Below are positions 18,101 through 25,819 of a DNA stretch of 64,000 nt, piece by piece. How positions within the stretch are numbered: position 1 is the first letter of the stretch; each line of letters begins with the position of its first letter. The stretch is taken from NCBI GenBank assembly GCA_038260305.1, contig JBBSNY010000010.1, positions 582-64,581 on the forward strand. Direction: 5' to 3'. The notes under the pieces are model-generated. The model was not told the DNA's origin and ran no database searches. It was given only the letters and a program-made list of their open reading frames with translations. Origin of the DNA: Solirubrobacterales bacterium. GTDB lineage: Bacteria; Actinomycetota; Thermoleophilia; Solirubrobacterales; Solirubrobacteraceae. Both the position numbers and the translations under genes were made by a program.

Positions 18101-19177
18101 GTGCTCGCGCGCCCGCGCCTCGAGCAGGCCGACGGCCTTGTAGGCCTCCGAACCGACGAGCTCGAGGTGCTCCTCGGTGACTCTCCGGTGATCGGTCTGG
18201 ACGCGCCCGACCGTCGCCGCCGCCCCGGCGAGCGCCTCCTTGGCAGCGGCATGACCGTCCTCGCACGCACGAGCGCTCGCGCGCGATCTGTCGTACACGC
18301 CGACCGCCGCCTTCAGCCGCTCGCCGCGAACCGCCAGCACGCCGCGCGCATAGCTGCGGCTCTCGCCACTGACGAGCGAGGCAACCTCGCCGCGCGCGTC
18401 ACGCAGCTCGTCGTGCTGACGTTGCAGTTCGTGCAGCTGTTCGAGCGCGTCGCCCAGCTTGCGCACGAGCGCCTCGTCGACCGCCGGCAGCGCGCCCGAC
18501 AGCATCGTCGACAGTCCCTTGACGTTCAGGCTGTCCGACAGCTTCGGCTTGCGCAGCTGGCGGATGATCTCGAGCATCTGCTCGTACAGCTCCGGGGTCG
18601 CGAACGGCATGAGCTGCGCGCGCAGCGCCTCCTTGTAGGCCGTCGGCCCGTCGTGCAGCGCGCCGCCCGCGCGCAGCTGATCGACGAGGTCGCTGCGGAC
18701 GACGGGCTGCATCCCGCCGTCTCCGACGAGGCGGGTCAGCTCGAGGTCGGCTCCGACACGCAACGGCGTCGTGAAGTACCAGCGGTCCTTGACCCCGTCG
18801 GCGCTGCGCGTCGCCTCGAGCCCGATCCCACAGGTGAGAAACCGCTCCGATCCGTCGTCGTCGACGACGCGGAACTCGGCCCACACGTAGCCGACGCGCT
18901 TCGTGGCGCGCCGCTCTGGATACGGATCGGTGCACTCGATGAGGTTCCAGCGCATCGTCTTCGCCGACGAGGCGAACGGGTCGAGCTTGCGCGGCGTGAT
19001 GTCGCCGTCGAGCACGAACGGGATCAACAGCTCGAGCGCCTTGCTCTTGCCCGAGGTGTTGCGCCCACGCAGGGCGAGGCGGCCGTCCTCGACCGCGAAC
19101 TCCTGGTCGGCGTACTCGTAGAGCCCGACGATGCCGAGCCGGTGCGGGCGGAAGCGGGCGACGGGCGGGGCGGTCAT
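15158..19177 (-). CDS. jetC: Wadjet type II JetC-like SMC/Rad50-family ATPase (TIGR02680-like), 1339 aa
   Basis: ORF 15158..19456(-), trimmed to ATG 19177, which overlaps the jetB stop (ATGA). Walker A LRGRNTSGKSKALELLIPFVLDG. Long Ala/Glu/Arg/Leu-rich coiled-coil-like middle. Signature and Walker B GLGSGGEQSVLMHLPLF...PRIVALDEAMDGID. Confidence 0.9.
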   Translation of the reverse strand: MTAPPVARFRPHRLGIVGLYEYADQEFAVEDGRLALRGRNTSGKSKALELLIPFVLDGDITPRKLDPFASSAKTMRWNLIECTDPYPERRATKRVGYVWAEFRVVDDDGSERFLTCGIGLEATRSADGVKDRWYFTTPLRVGADLELTRLVGDGGMQPVVRSDLVDQLRAGGALHDGPTAYKEALRAQLMPFATPELYEQMLEIIRQLRKPKLSDSLNVKGLSTMLSGALPAVDEALVRKLGDALEQLHELQRQHDELRDARGEVASLVSGESRSYARGVLAVRGERLKAAVGVYDRSRASARACEDGHAAAKEALAGAAATVGRVQTDHRRVTEEHLELVGSEAYKAVGLLEARAREHEQAQRRAARAGASATRLHDQLDVAGTLLAEEQAAALAAEEAVTAVLARLAALLSQVGLDCPVAERAALDALPGRMAVRAQDVQRASMLAATLASALEVMRAIADPLALAATRRDEAAVAAATCHSLLEDALECFDDGLQAWRLSLRELSIGDEQLERLAALAAQDGDPGALLTELAAGRVDELAGEQARVTSRRSTLSAELASAVARVGEIEERQDPEPPVLHPRRASRDGRPGAPLWAVCDFAADLPDEQRPLLEAALEDAGILDAWIAPDGSVHDADLTLIADGDLDTGGAGAGTRATLADMLVAAPGARSIDAAVVTRVLRSIALDGPVSVAPGRFRFGPLRGRAAKPVAEYIGAAARAALRERLLSQARAVVGGLEEELQRVDAELEQVAAAREQLARERRSLPDVAELRSALRAERRTADRLAAREEQLSELVVQRERYERDVSGARDALHAHAGSTRLPTDAAALRAAAEAIDRAGFECERTQQALLDAAGARCRVDAARRALGDAETAHREAADDLRAAQDDEASAAGRLAAAETTDGASVSELRARVAALRADIHRLDGARDGAEQAHRDAIGAAKDTERLAGEAVAQVAIAETERVAALDGVRRLGEHDLFTAAVGPHASPEDERLAATWPLTTALDRVRALPVLDANVDLSARARRLSDAVSRLGQKLVAFDMDAVSFTSDDLTLVEITRAGHRRTPSTMLSDLDGDLEHREQVLSARRREVLGKALLAEIAEHLRGRITTVRATVRARNEILRRCPTGAGRSVSLSWDVDEDAGAPAAVLALLGDRSTEHVAKAQRDALFAFLEQRIADARAGAADEASQTAIVDHLSVALDYRRWWRFTLHLHEPDGSVRKLTPRTQGLGSGGEQSVLMHLPLFATAAALYDLAPGAPRIVALDEAMDGIDPQTREQVFALLVELDLDWVMTSYDLNPCVATVPRVGFYELHRENAEWGVWAQHFVWDGQTTTEVVDG

Positions 19178-20376
19178 GCGAGCTCCATCTGGGTCTGGGC
19201 GGCGCGGCGGCCGACGGCCGCGCGGTAGCGGTGGGCAACCGGCAGCGTCTGGATCGCGCCGGTGACCAGGTCGCGCCGGACGAGACGGAGGTCCGTGAGC
19301 ACCTCGAGCGCAGTGCGACAGGCGCGATCGACGGCGTCCGGATCGCGTGGGTCCCACGTCGACCAGTGCTCGGCGTGTCGGCGCAGCAGCGTGCGGGCGA
19401 TCGCGTGCAGCTCCTCCGCGGAGATCGACGAGCCACGGCCCGCGTCGCGCGCACACAGCTCTGGGATCAGCAGCAGCGCGAGCTGCTTGACATGACCGCG
19501 CGCGGGAAACGGCCGGTCGCTGAGCTCGCGGCCGGTCGCGACGAGCGCCGTGCCCTCGCGACGACGCTCGACCGCCAGCCCGGTGATCCGCTGCGCGATC
19601 GCCTCGAGGCGTCCGCGCTGCGCGACGAAGTACATCCGGTCCTCCTCGTCGAGGTCGTCGAGGTACAGGACCGGGTCCTCGACGAGCGCGCGTAGGAGGC
19701 GGCGCGAGCGCGCACGACCGGCGAGCTCGCCACCGCTCTCCTCGGGCGCCTGCAGGTCGCGCGGCTCGACGGCCTCTGCCGTGCGCACGGCGTCGATCAG
19801 CAGCAGTGCCAGCCGGCGGCGGTGGACGTCATAGAACGCCTCGTCGTCGCTCGCCAGCTCCCCGGCCGCGCCGGCGCGCAGCTCCAGGACGCCGGCCGCG
19901 ACGAGGAAGGCCATGGCGTCGTTGAGCGCGAGCCGGTCGGCCCGCGAGCGCCAGTCGAGCGTCACGTCGAGCGAGCGGGCGTGGGCCAGCACCTCCTCGG
20001 CGAGCGCGCCGAGCGGCACCTGCGTCCACGACTTGCGCTCGAGCACCCCCGCGACGACGCAGGCGAGCACGCAGCCGCGTTGCTGCAGCGTGCGGCGCTC
20101 GTCGACGGGCTTGGAGCGCTCGTTGGCGCTGCGCGGCGCGAGCCGCAGCGGCCGCGCGCCGGCGAGGGTGACGCGCTTGGCGAGGTGCGCGGTGTCGGCG
20201 GTGACGGTGAGCGTGGCACCGAGGTGGTCGCGCAACGTCGCGGCGAGCTCCTCGCGATGGCGACGGGCGAGCGCGAACTCCGGGTCGCGGGGCGTCAGCA
20301 GCTGGCGTTCGAGCAGCGCGCGGACGGCACGCAGGCGCTCCTCGGCGGCAGCCTGGGCGACGGCGTCGGGGTTCAC
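19174..20376 (-). CDS. jetB: Wadjet type II JetB-like protein (TIGR02678/DUF2398-like)
   Basis: ORF 19174..20376(-), 400 aa. Its GTG start overlaps the jetA stop (GTGA). Position and size fit. Helical, with the pattern ...LLERQLLTPRDPEFALARRHREEL...DEAFYDVHRRRLALLL recalled for DUF2398. Confidence 0.75.
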   Translation of the reverse strand: MNPDAVAQAAAEERLRAVRALLERQLLTPRDPEFALARRHREELAATLRDHLGATLTVTADTAHLAKRVTLAGARPLRLAPRSANERSKPVDERRTLQQRGCVLACVVAGVLERKSWTQVPLGALAEEVLAHARSLDVTLDWRSRADRLALNDAMAFLVAAGVLELRAGAAGELASDDEAFYDVHRRRLALLLIDAVRTAEAVEPRDLQAPEESGGELAGRARSRRLLRALVEDPVLYLDDLDEEDRMYFVAQRGRLEAIAQRITGLAVERRREGTALVATGRELSDRPFPARGHVKQLALLLIPELCARDAGRGSSISAEELHAIARTLLRRHAEHWSTWDPRDPDAVDRACRTALEVLTDLRLVRRDLVTGAIQTLPVAHRYRAAVGRRAAQTQMELA

Positions 20377-21923
20377 CGCTGGACCTCGATCGCGTAGTCG
20401 GGGCAGTCGAGCTGCCCGTGCTCGGCGGCAACCGTCGTTCGCTCGCCGTCAGGCGGAGGCACGAGCCGCAGGCGCATGCCGCCGTCGGCGGTCGTGGCAC
20501 GACGCGTGCCGTCGCGCTCGCGGGGCTGGGCGAACGCCCGCGAGAGCAGGCCGAGCAGGTGCTCGAGCTCGACCGGGTGCAGGCGGTGCAGCTCGCTCAT
20601 CCGCAGCGTGGCCCCCGTGCCGAGCCGCGCGAGCAGCCGTCCGAGGTGCTCCTGCTCGGCGGACTGCGCGGCACGCACGCGGTCGGCGAGACGATCGTTG
20701 AGCGCCAGCCGCGCCGGCGTGCCGGAGCCGGGGATCCGCGTGCCCGGGGTGCGCAGGTGGGCGGCGACCCTGATCGGCGGAGCGTCGCGCCAGGGCGTGG
20801 ACCCGGGGCTCGAAAGCTGGTCGGCTTCGGGATCGGGCCCGGCGAGGTGGCGCGGCGCGCGGATGCCGGTCGCGACGGCCATGCAGGCCGGCGCCGTCAG
20901 CGCGTCCGCGTCGGCCACGATCCGCGCGAGGCGATCCCACGCAGCGGCACGATCCCGGTGCCCGGCGGCACGGTCGATGAGGCGCTCGGCGATGTCGATG
21001 ATCGCGCGGATCGCGTCGAGCAGCTTGTCGGTCAGCAGCGCCCACGGCGCCTCCGCCTCGCCGGGCCGGCCGAACCACGCGCGGACGCCGTCCCAGCGGG
21101 CGCGCAGCGTGCGGAGGGCCTGCGCGGCGAGCTGCTCGGGCGTCAGGTCGCCGATCGCCGGCGGCAGCGGGCGTCCGGAGAGCACGAGCTCGACGAGGCG
21201 CCCGGTCCCGAGCCGCTCGATCTCTGCGATCGCCGCGAAGATCGGCTCGGCGTGGCGGCGCAGATCACGATGAAAGCCCTGCAGGTAGCCGACGATCACG
21301 TCCTGCTGGACGACGAACTCCTCGCTCGTGATGCGATCGGACGCCGTGAACGCCTGGAGCTGCGTCATGAAGTCGGTCGCGCCCTGGCGCAGGGCGGCGA
21401 CGGCGTCGGCCACGGTCTCGAGGTCCTCGCCGAGGCGCTGGACGTCAGGCTCGGCGGCGGCGAGCTCGTTCGCGATGCGCGCAAGCGTGTCGCGGATCGT
21501 GAGCAGGCGGCCGGACTCGAGGGCGCCGATCTCCTCGCCGAGGGTGTCCAGCTCGGCGAGCAGCCGCTCCACGCGCTCGCCGGACGGCGTGATGTCGTAG
21601 ACCGAGCGCTTGCGACGCCACTCCTCGGCCGAGGTAACGGCGCGCGTGTCCGCGCGGGCGGCGAGCACCCGTTCGCCGACGAGGCGTTCGAGCGTCCGGT
21701 CGAGCACGTCGTCGTCGAGCGTCGCTCCGAACTCGGTCGCCAGCCGCTCGCGCACGTCGCCGGGCGCCAGCTGCCATCCGATGTCGCGCGTCTTGTTGAG
21801 AAAGAAGACGCGCATCACGCGCCGGTAGCGCTCGGCGTGCTCGCCGATCGCGTAGCTGACCTCGCGGCGCTCTGGCAGCCCGGTCGACATCACGAAGAGG
21901 GCCGGGCTCGAGGAAGAATCCAT
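20373..21923 (-). CDS. jetA: Wadjet type II JetA-like protein (TIGR02677/DUF2397-like)
   Basis: ORF 20373..22055(-), trimmed to ATG 21923 (ATG 21890 also possible). N-terminal YAIGEHAERYRRVMRVFF resembles the TIGR02677 N-terminus. First gene of the operon. Confidence 0.75.
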   Translation of the reverse strand: MDSSSSPALFVMSTGLPERREVSYAIGEHAERYRRVMRVFFLNKTRDIGWQLAPGDVRERLATEFGATLDDDVLDRTLERLVGERVLAARADTRAVTSAEEWRRKRSVYDITPSGERVERLLAELDTLGEEIGALESGRLLTIRDTLARIANELAAAEPDVQRLGEDLETVADAVAALRQGATDFMTQLQAFTASDRITSEEFVVQQDVIVGYLQGFHRDLRRHAEPIFAAIAEIERLGTGRLVELVLSGRPLPPAIGDLTPEQLAAQALRTLRARWDGVRAWFGRPGEAEAPWALLTDKLLDAIRAIIDIAERLIDRAAGHRDRAAAWDRLARIVADADALTAPACMAVATGIRAPRHLAGPDPEADQLSSPGSTPWRDAPPIRVAAHLRTPGTRIPGSGTPARLALNDRLADRVRAAQSAEQEHLGRLLARLGTGATLRMSELHRLHPVELEHLLGLLSRAFAQPRERDGTRRATTADGGMRLRLVPPPDGERTTVAAEHGQLDCPDYAIEVQR

Positions 21924-22220
21924 GCCGCGAACGGGTCGTCCCCGGCGTCGGACATGATCTGACAGAAAGGCATCGACATCGGATCGTGGAGCGTAGGCGC
22001 GAGTCCGGTCAGAACTGCGGGATCGAGCGGTCCGCGCCGCGCGCTGGCCACACAAGGTCGAGCCTCAGCCGCGGCAGCGTTTGTCCCTGGGCGTCGGGGC
22101 GCATCGGAAGCAAACGCGATCGGGCGCTGTGCTGCTGCCCCGGCCGCGATCCATCCGCCTGGCTGCGGATACGGGCGCGGTGACTTCCTCCTACGCGGGA
22201 ACTAAAGGTTGCCGCAGCAC

Positions 22221-22240
22221 TGACGCGTCAAACTATAGTT
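22221..22240. promoter_or_regulatory. two adjacent perfect 10-bp palindromes at the abiEi start
   Basis: TGACGCGTCA (22221-22230) followed directly by AACTATAGTT (22231-22240). The second overlaps the TTG start at 22239 and contains a TATAGT -10-like hexamer. Confidence 0.35.
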
Positions 22241-22847
22241 GAGGCAACGCACGCCTACTGACCGCCGAGATCTGCGTCGCCGGCTGTTCGCACTGTCCGC
22301 GGACCAGGCCGGCTATTTCACGGCCGCCCAGGCGAAGGCGGTCGGATACTCGTACCCCGCCCAGGCGCATCATGTGGGCGCAGAGAACTGGATCCGCGTC
22401 GACCGCGGCATCTTCCGCCTTGCCGATTGGGTGCCCGGCATCCACGACGAGCTCGCACGCTGGTATTTGTGGTCGAAGGAGCGTGCGGTCGTGTCGCACG
22501 ACACTGCGCTTGGTGTGTACGAGGTCGGCGAGTTCGAGTCGAGGCGCATCCATCTGACCGTCCGTCCCGGGTTCCGGATGAGGGACGACGCGCTGATTCT
22601 GCACACGGCTGATCTGCCCGCGGAGGATGTCGAGATCCGCCCGGGCTATCGCGTGACGAAGCTCGCGCGGTCACTGATCGATGTCGCCGCCGAGCACCCC
22701 GACGAGGACCAGCTCGCACGCGCGATCGGGGAGGCGCTCGCCCGCGGCACGGTTACGCGCCGTCAACTTCGGACCCGCGCCGAGGCAGTTGATCCACTGG
22801 CCGCCCTTCGCGTCGAGCGGGCGCTCGGCGTGCTGGGGCTGATGTGA
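22239..22847 (+). CDS. abiEi: AbiEi-family antitoxin / transcriptional regulator
   Basis: ORF 22239..22847(+), TTG start. N-terminal ADQAGYFTAAQAKAVGYSYPAQAHHVGAENWIRVDRGIFRL is the AbiEi winged-helix pattern. It overlaps the next ORF by GTGA. Confidence 0.8.
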   Translation: MRQRTPTDRRDLRRRLFALSADQAGYFTAAQAKAVGYSYPAQAHHVGAENWIRVDRGIFRLADWVPGIHDELARWYLWSKERAVVSHDTALGVYEVGEFESRRIHLTVRPGFRMRDDALILHTADLPAEDVEIRPGYRVTKLARSLIDVAAEHPDEDQLARAIGEALARGTVTRRQLRTRAEAVDPLAALRVERALGVLGLM

Positions 22848-23471
22848 CCTATGGCACGCCGCAGGCCCTGCGAACCGCGCTAGAGGCACGCATCCGCATC
22901 GAGTCCGCGACAACTGGGCTTCCTCCGGATCGGCTACGCCGCCGCGTCGTCTTTCAACGGATCGCGATGCGGCTTCAGCGTGCAGAGCCGCGGTCGACGT
23001 CGACCTGGCTGGGCGCCGGTTCGGAGCGATCAAGCTCGACATCTCACCCCGCTCTCACGAGCTCGACGCGACGGACACGATCGGGCTGCCGAACGCGCTC
23101 GAGTTTGCGGGATTCGGCTCGGTCGCTGTCGAGGTCGTCGACATCCACCGCCATGCCGCCGAGAAGCTCCACGGCATGCTCAAGGACTTCGGGGAGCGCG
23201 AGAACTCGCGTGTGCGCGACCTCGCAGACCTGATGCTGATGCTCGATGCCGACCTCGTGTCCGCTGACCAGCTCGCCGATGTCGTGACCGACGTGTGGGC
23301 GGAACGCGACGCAACCAACCCACCCACCGTGCTCCCGGACCTGCCGACGGGCTGGCCAGCGCGATATGAGCGCCTCGCGACCGAGAACCGGATCAAGCCG
23401 ACGTCTTTGCCACCGCCGCCGATGTCGCAGCGGCGCTGTGGCGCTCGATGTTCCCGCCCGACTCCAGGTGA
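22844..23471 (+). pseudogene. abiEii: decayed AbiEii (DUF1814 nucleotidyltransferase) toxin gene
   Basis: The N-terminus MTYGTPQALRTALEARIRIESATTGLPPDRLRRRVVFQRIAMRLQRAEP is in frame 2. The continuation ..LAGRRFGAIKLDIS...HRHAAEKLHGMLKDFGERENSRVRDLADLMLML...WPARYERLA is in frame 1. The tail VFATAADVAAALWRSMFPPDSR* is in frame 0. The W.LKGG / DxD catalytic core expected between the first two pieces is missing. Confidence 0.7.
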
Positions 23472-23601
23472 TCGCATGCGCAACAGGTCGCTCGGAAGTT
23501 CGAAGAACTCGACCGTCGCGGCGACCGACAGGGGATCGCCATTCGGCTCCAGATCGGCAATCTCCGCCTCGTCGGCGCCTTTCTCGCGGCTCCGAGGGTG
23601 A

Positions 23602-23675
23602 TCGGGGAGACAGGATTTGAACCTGCGACCGCCCGGCCCCCAGCCGGGTGCGCTACCAGACTGCGCCACTCCCCG
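23602..23675 (-). tRNA. tRNA-Pro (anticodon GGG)
   Basis: Hand-folded: CGGGGAG-TG-GCGC-AGTCTGGTA-GCGC-A-CCCGG-CTGGGGG-CCGGG-CGGTC-GCAGG-TTCAAAT-CCTGT-CTCCCCG-A, 74 nt. Confidence 0.9.
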
Positions 23676-23688
23676 TGGCCGTGCTTGA

Positions 23689-23759
23689 AGCGGGCGACGG
23701 GAATCGAACCCGCCCTAAAAGCTTGGAAGGCTTTTGTGCAGCCACAACACTTCGCCCGC
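23689..23759 (-). tRNA. tRNA-Gly (anticodon TCC)
   Basis: Hand-folded: acceptor GCGGGCG/CGCCCGC, anticodon arm AAAGC-CTTCCAA-GCTTT, T arm GCGGG-TTCGATT-CCCGT, discriminator T. 71 nt. Confidence 0.85.
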
Positions 23760-23856
23760 ACGCCCGGCGGGAGGATACCGGCTGTGGCCCAGGCTGGCGA
23801 CGCGCACCGCGGCGGCCGCGTACCGCGCGGCCATTGCCCGCGACCGCCCGCCAGGC

Positions 23857-24842
23857 TCAGCCGCGCAGCTTCGCGAGCTGGCGCTTGAGCTCGGCGAACG
23901 CCGGCCGCGGCTTGCCGTCCGAGCCGATGAAGGCCGAGTCCCAGCTGTCGCGCGGCGTCGACGAGTCCCAGTGGTAGAAGTAGATGCGCGTGATCCGCTT
24001 GCTCACGCGCGCGAGCTTGCGGAAGATGAACTTTGTCGCGTGGGCGGCGTGGACCTTGCCCTGCGCGAGCTTGATCTTCGAGCCGTTTCGCCGCGCGACG
24101 AGGCCGCCGATCTCCGTCAACCAGACCTCCCCGGGGACGGCCCGAAGCAGCGCCTTCGTGCGCGTCGTGTGCGCGCGGTTCGCGTCGATGTAGTCGTGCA
24201 GGCCCCAGTACTTCGGCTCGACCTTCGCCGCGCGCCGGAACGCGCGCGCCCACGAAACCGCGTTGTTCTGGTCGAGCAGGTCGGCCGCCAGCACCTCGCA
24301 GCCCGGGCAGTTCTTGCGAATCGCGTCGAAGTACGCGACCACGAGCTTGGGCTTGCGGCACGTCCCGGTCCCGCACTGGTTGGCTTCGTTCCAGGCCGAG
24401 TACGTCTTGATGTCCGGATAGCGCGCTCGGAACGTGAGGAACTGAGCCTTGAGGCGGCGGCCGTCGGCGGCTTGCGGCCGCTCGGCCCCGTCGGGCGGGC
24501 GAACGTCAGCAGCGGCTGTGCGTCCATCGAACGCGCCCCCGCCACCCACTCGTCCAGCCGAGCGGTCTCGTCCGGCGACTTCAACGCATCCCAGGCGACC
24601 GAGCGGCGGGCGTAGCCCAGACCGAGGCCGCGCAGCCGCGCGTCCGCGAACCCCGAAGCCTTCTGGTCGGCGATCCCGACCTTCACGTGGAGCCTGCCAG
24701 TCACCGGACTCAGGCGAGCGGCGTCCGCGACGGAGGCCGACAGCACGAAGAACGCCCCGACGACGGCGAACACGCAACGAGCACTCCGGTGCGGCGAGGC
24801 GACCATCGCGCCGCAGACTAGCCCCGCCATCCTCTGCCGCAC
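23857..24842 (-). pseudogene. secreted glycoside-hydrolase-like protein (TIM-barrel GH-A type) with an internal frameshift
   Basis: The N-terminal half is in the frame of ORF 24117..24842 (signal peptide MVASPHRSARCVFAVVGAFFVLSASVADA, VGIADQKASGFADARL...DAQPLLTF). The C-terminal half is in the frame of ORF 23857..25230 (LKAQFLTFRARYPDIKTYSAWNEANQ...YWGLHDYID...VWLTEIGG). The frames switch near 24455-24500. This could also be a sequencing error. Confidence 0.6.
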
Positions 24843-24885
24843 CCCACCTGGCGCGCAAACCCAGCATCTCCGGGGCTTCCGACAG

Positions 24886-24956
24886 CGGGGGACCCAGGAA
24901 TCGAACCTGGCGTTGCGGTTTTGGAGACCGCCGTGTTACCGATACACTAGTCCCCC
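24886..24956 (-). tRNA. tRNA-Trp (anticodon CCA)
   Basis: Hand-folded: GGGGGAC-TA-GTGT-ATCGGTA-ACAC-G-GCGGT-CTCCAAA-ACCGC-AACG-CCAGG-TTCGATT-CCTGG-GTCCCCC-G. Confidence 0.9.
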
Positions 24957-25205
24957 TCGCGGGCCGCGCATTGTAGATGGCGCCCCGACGGCGAGCATCG
25001 ACCCGATGCCTCTGGAGCCTGACCCGCAGGGACTTCGTCGGTGTTCTCCTCCCGACCTGTCGGCGCGTGCGCAGCGTACCCGACGACCCCGCCGCGAGAA
25101 GTCCATGCATCGGGTAGCTCCTGCCATGGCGCCCGCTACCCTCCAGGTAGATCATTGCGCATGCAACCACTTTGACCCGACGACCACCGACCCAAGGGGA
25201 ACCCC

Positions 25206-25757
25206 ATGAGCGCCACCACCACCACCGCACTGCCGACTGGCACCTGGAACGTCGACCTCGCCCACTCCCACGTCACGTTCAGCGTCCGCCACATCGGCAT
25301 CTCGAAGGTGCGCGGCGAGTTCGCCGCCTACGAGGGCCAACTCGTCATCGCCGAGGACGGCACCGTCACGGCCTCGGGCTCGGTTGATGTCGGCTCGATC
25401 GACACCCGCGATGCCAATCGCGACGGGCACCTTCAGTCGGCGGACTTCTTCGACGTCGAAAACAACCCGAAGATCACGTTCCAGTCGACCTCGATCAGCG
25501 CGATCGACGACGAGACCTACGAGATCACCGGCGACCTGACGATGCACGGCGAGACGAAGCCGATCACGCTCAAGGCCGAGCTCGGCGGCACCGAGACCGA
25601 CGCCTTCGGCGCGGAGCGCGTCGGTCTCGACATCACCGGCGAGATCAGCCGCGGCGACTTCGGCATGAAGTTCAACATGGCGCTTGGCAGCGGCAACGTC
25701 GTCGTCAGCGACAAGGTCAAGGTCGAGCTCGACATCTCGGCGATCAAGGCCTCCTAG
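25206..25757 (+). CDS. YceI-family polyisoprenoid-binding protein
   Basis: ORF 25206..25757(+). Matching stretches: HSHVTFSVRHIGISKVRGEF, DTRDANRDGHLQSADFFDVENNPKITF, GDLTMHGETKPI. Confidence 0.9.
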   Translation: MSATTTTALPTGTWNVDLAHSHVTFSVRHIGISKVRGEFAAYEGQLVIAEDGTVTASGSVDVGSIDTRDANRDGHLQSADFFDVENNPKITFQSTSISAIDDETYEITGDLTMHGETKPITLKAELGGTETDAFGAERVGLDITGEISRGDFGMKFNMALGSGNVVVSDKVKVELDISAIKAS

Positions 25758-25819
25758 AGCCTCGGCGTGCCGGGCGTCAGACTGCACTCGGTGGACCTCC
25801 CTCCTCCTCCCTCCGAGCG

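Noticed and set aside
15185-19228. Series of long + strand ORFs (260, 483, 369 and 499 aa, and others) opposite jetC
   Set aside because: All are antisense to the SMC-like ATPase. They have repetitive Arg/Ala/Gly content and no start context or motifs. Long antisense ORFs are expected in stop-poor high-GC DNA.
21924-22055. N-terminal 44-codon extension of jetA in the track ORF
   Set aside because: The extension is Arg/Ser-rich (MCGQRAARTARSRSSDRTRAY...) and unlike the family N-terminus, which I place near YAIGEHAERYRRVMRVFF. The start was moved to ATG 21923, though this is not proven.
22207-22248. 6-bp inverted repeat gttgcc...ggcaac flanking the two palindromes
   Set aside because: It is too short and too widely spaced (29 nt) to distinguish from chance in this composition. 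The two 10-bp perfect palindromes inside it are reported instead.
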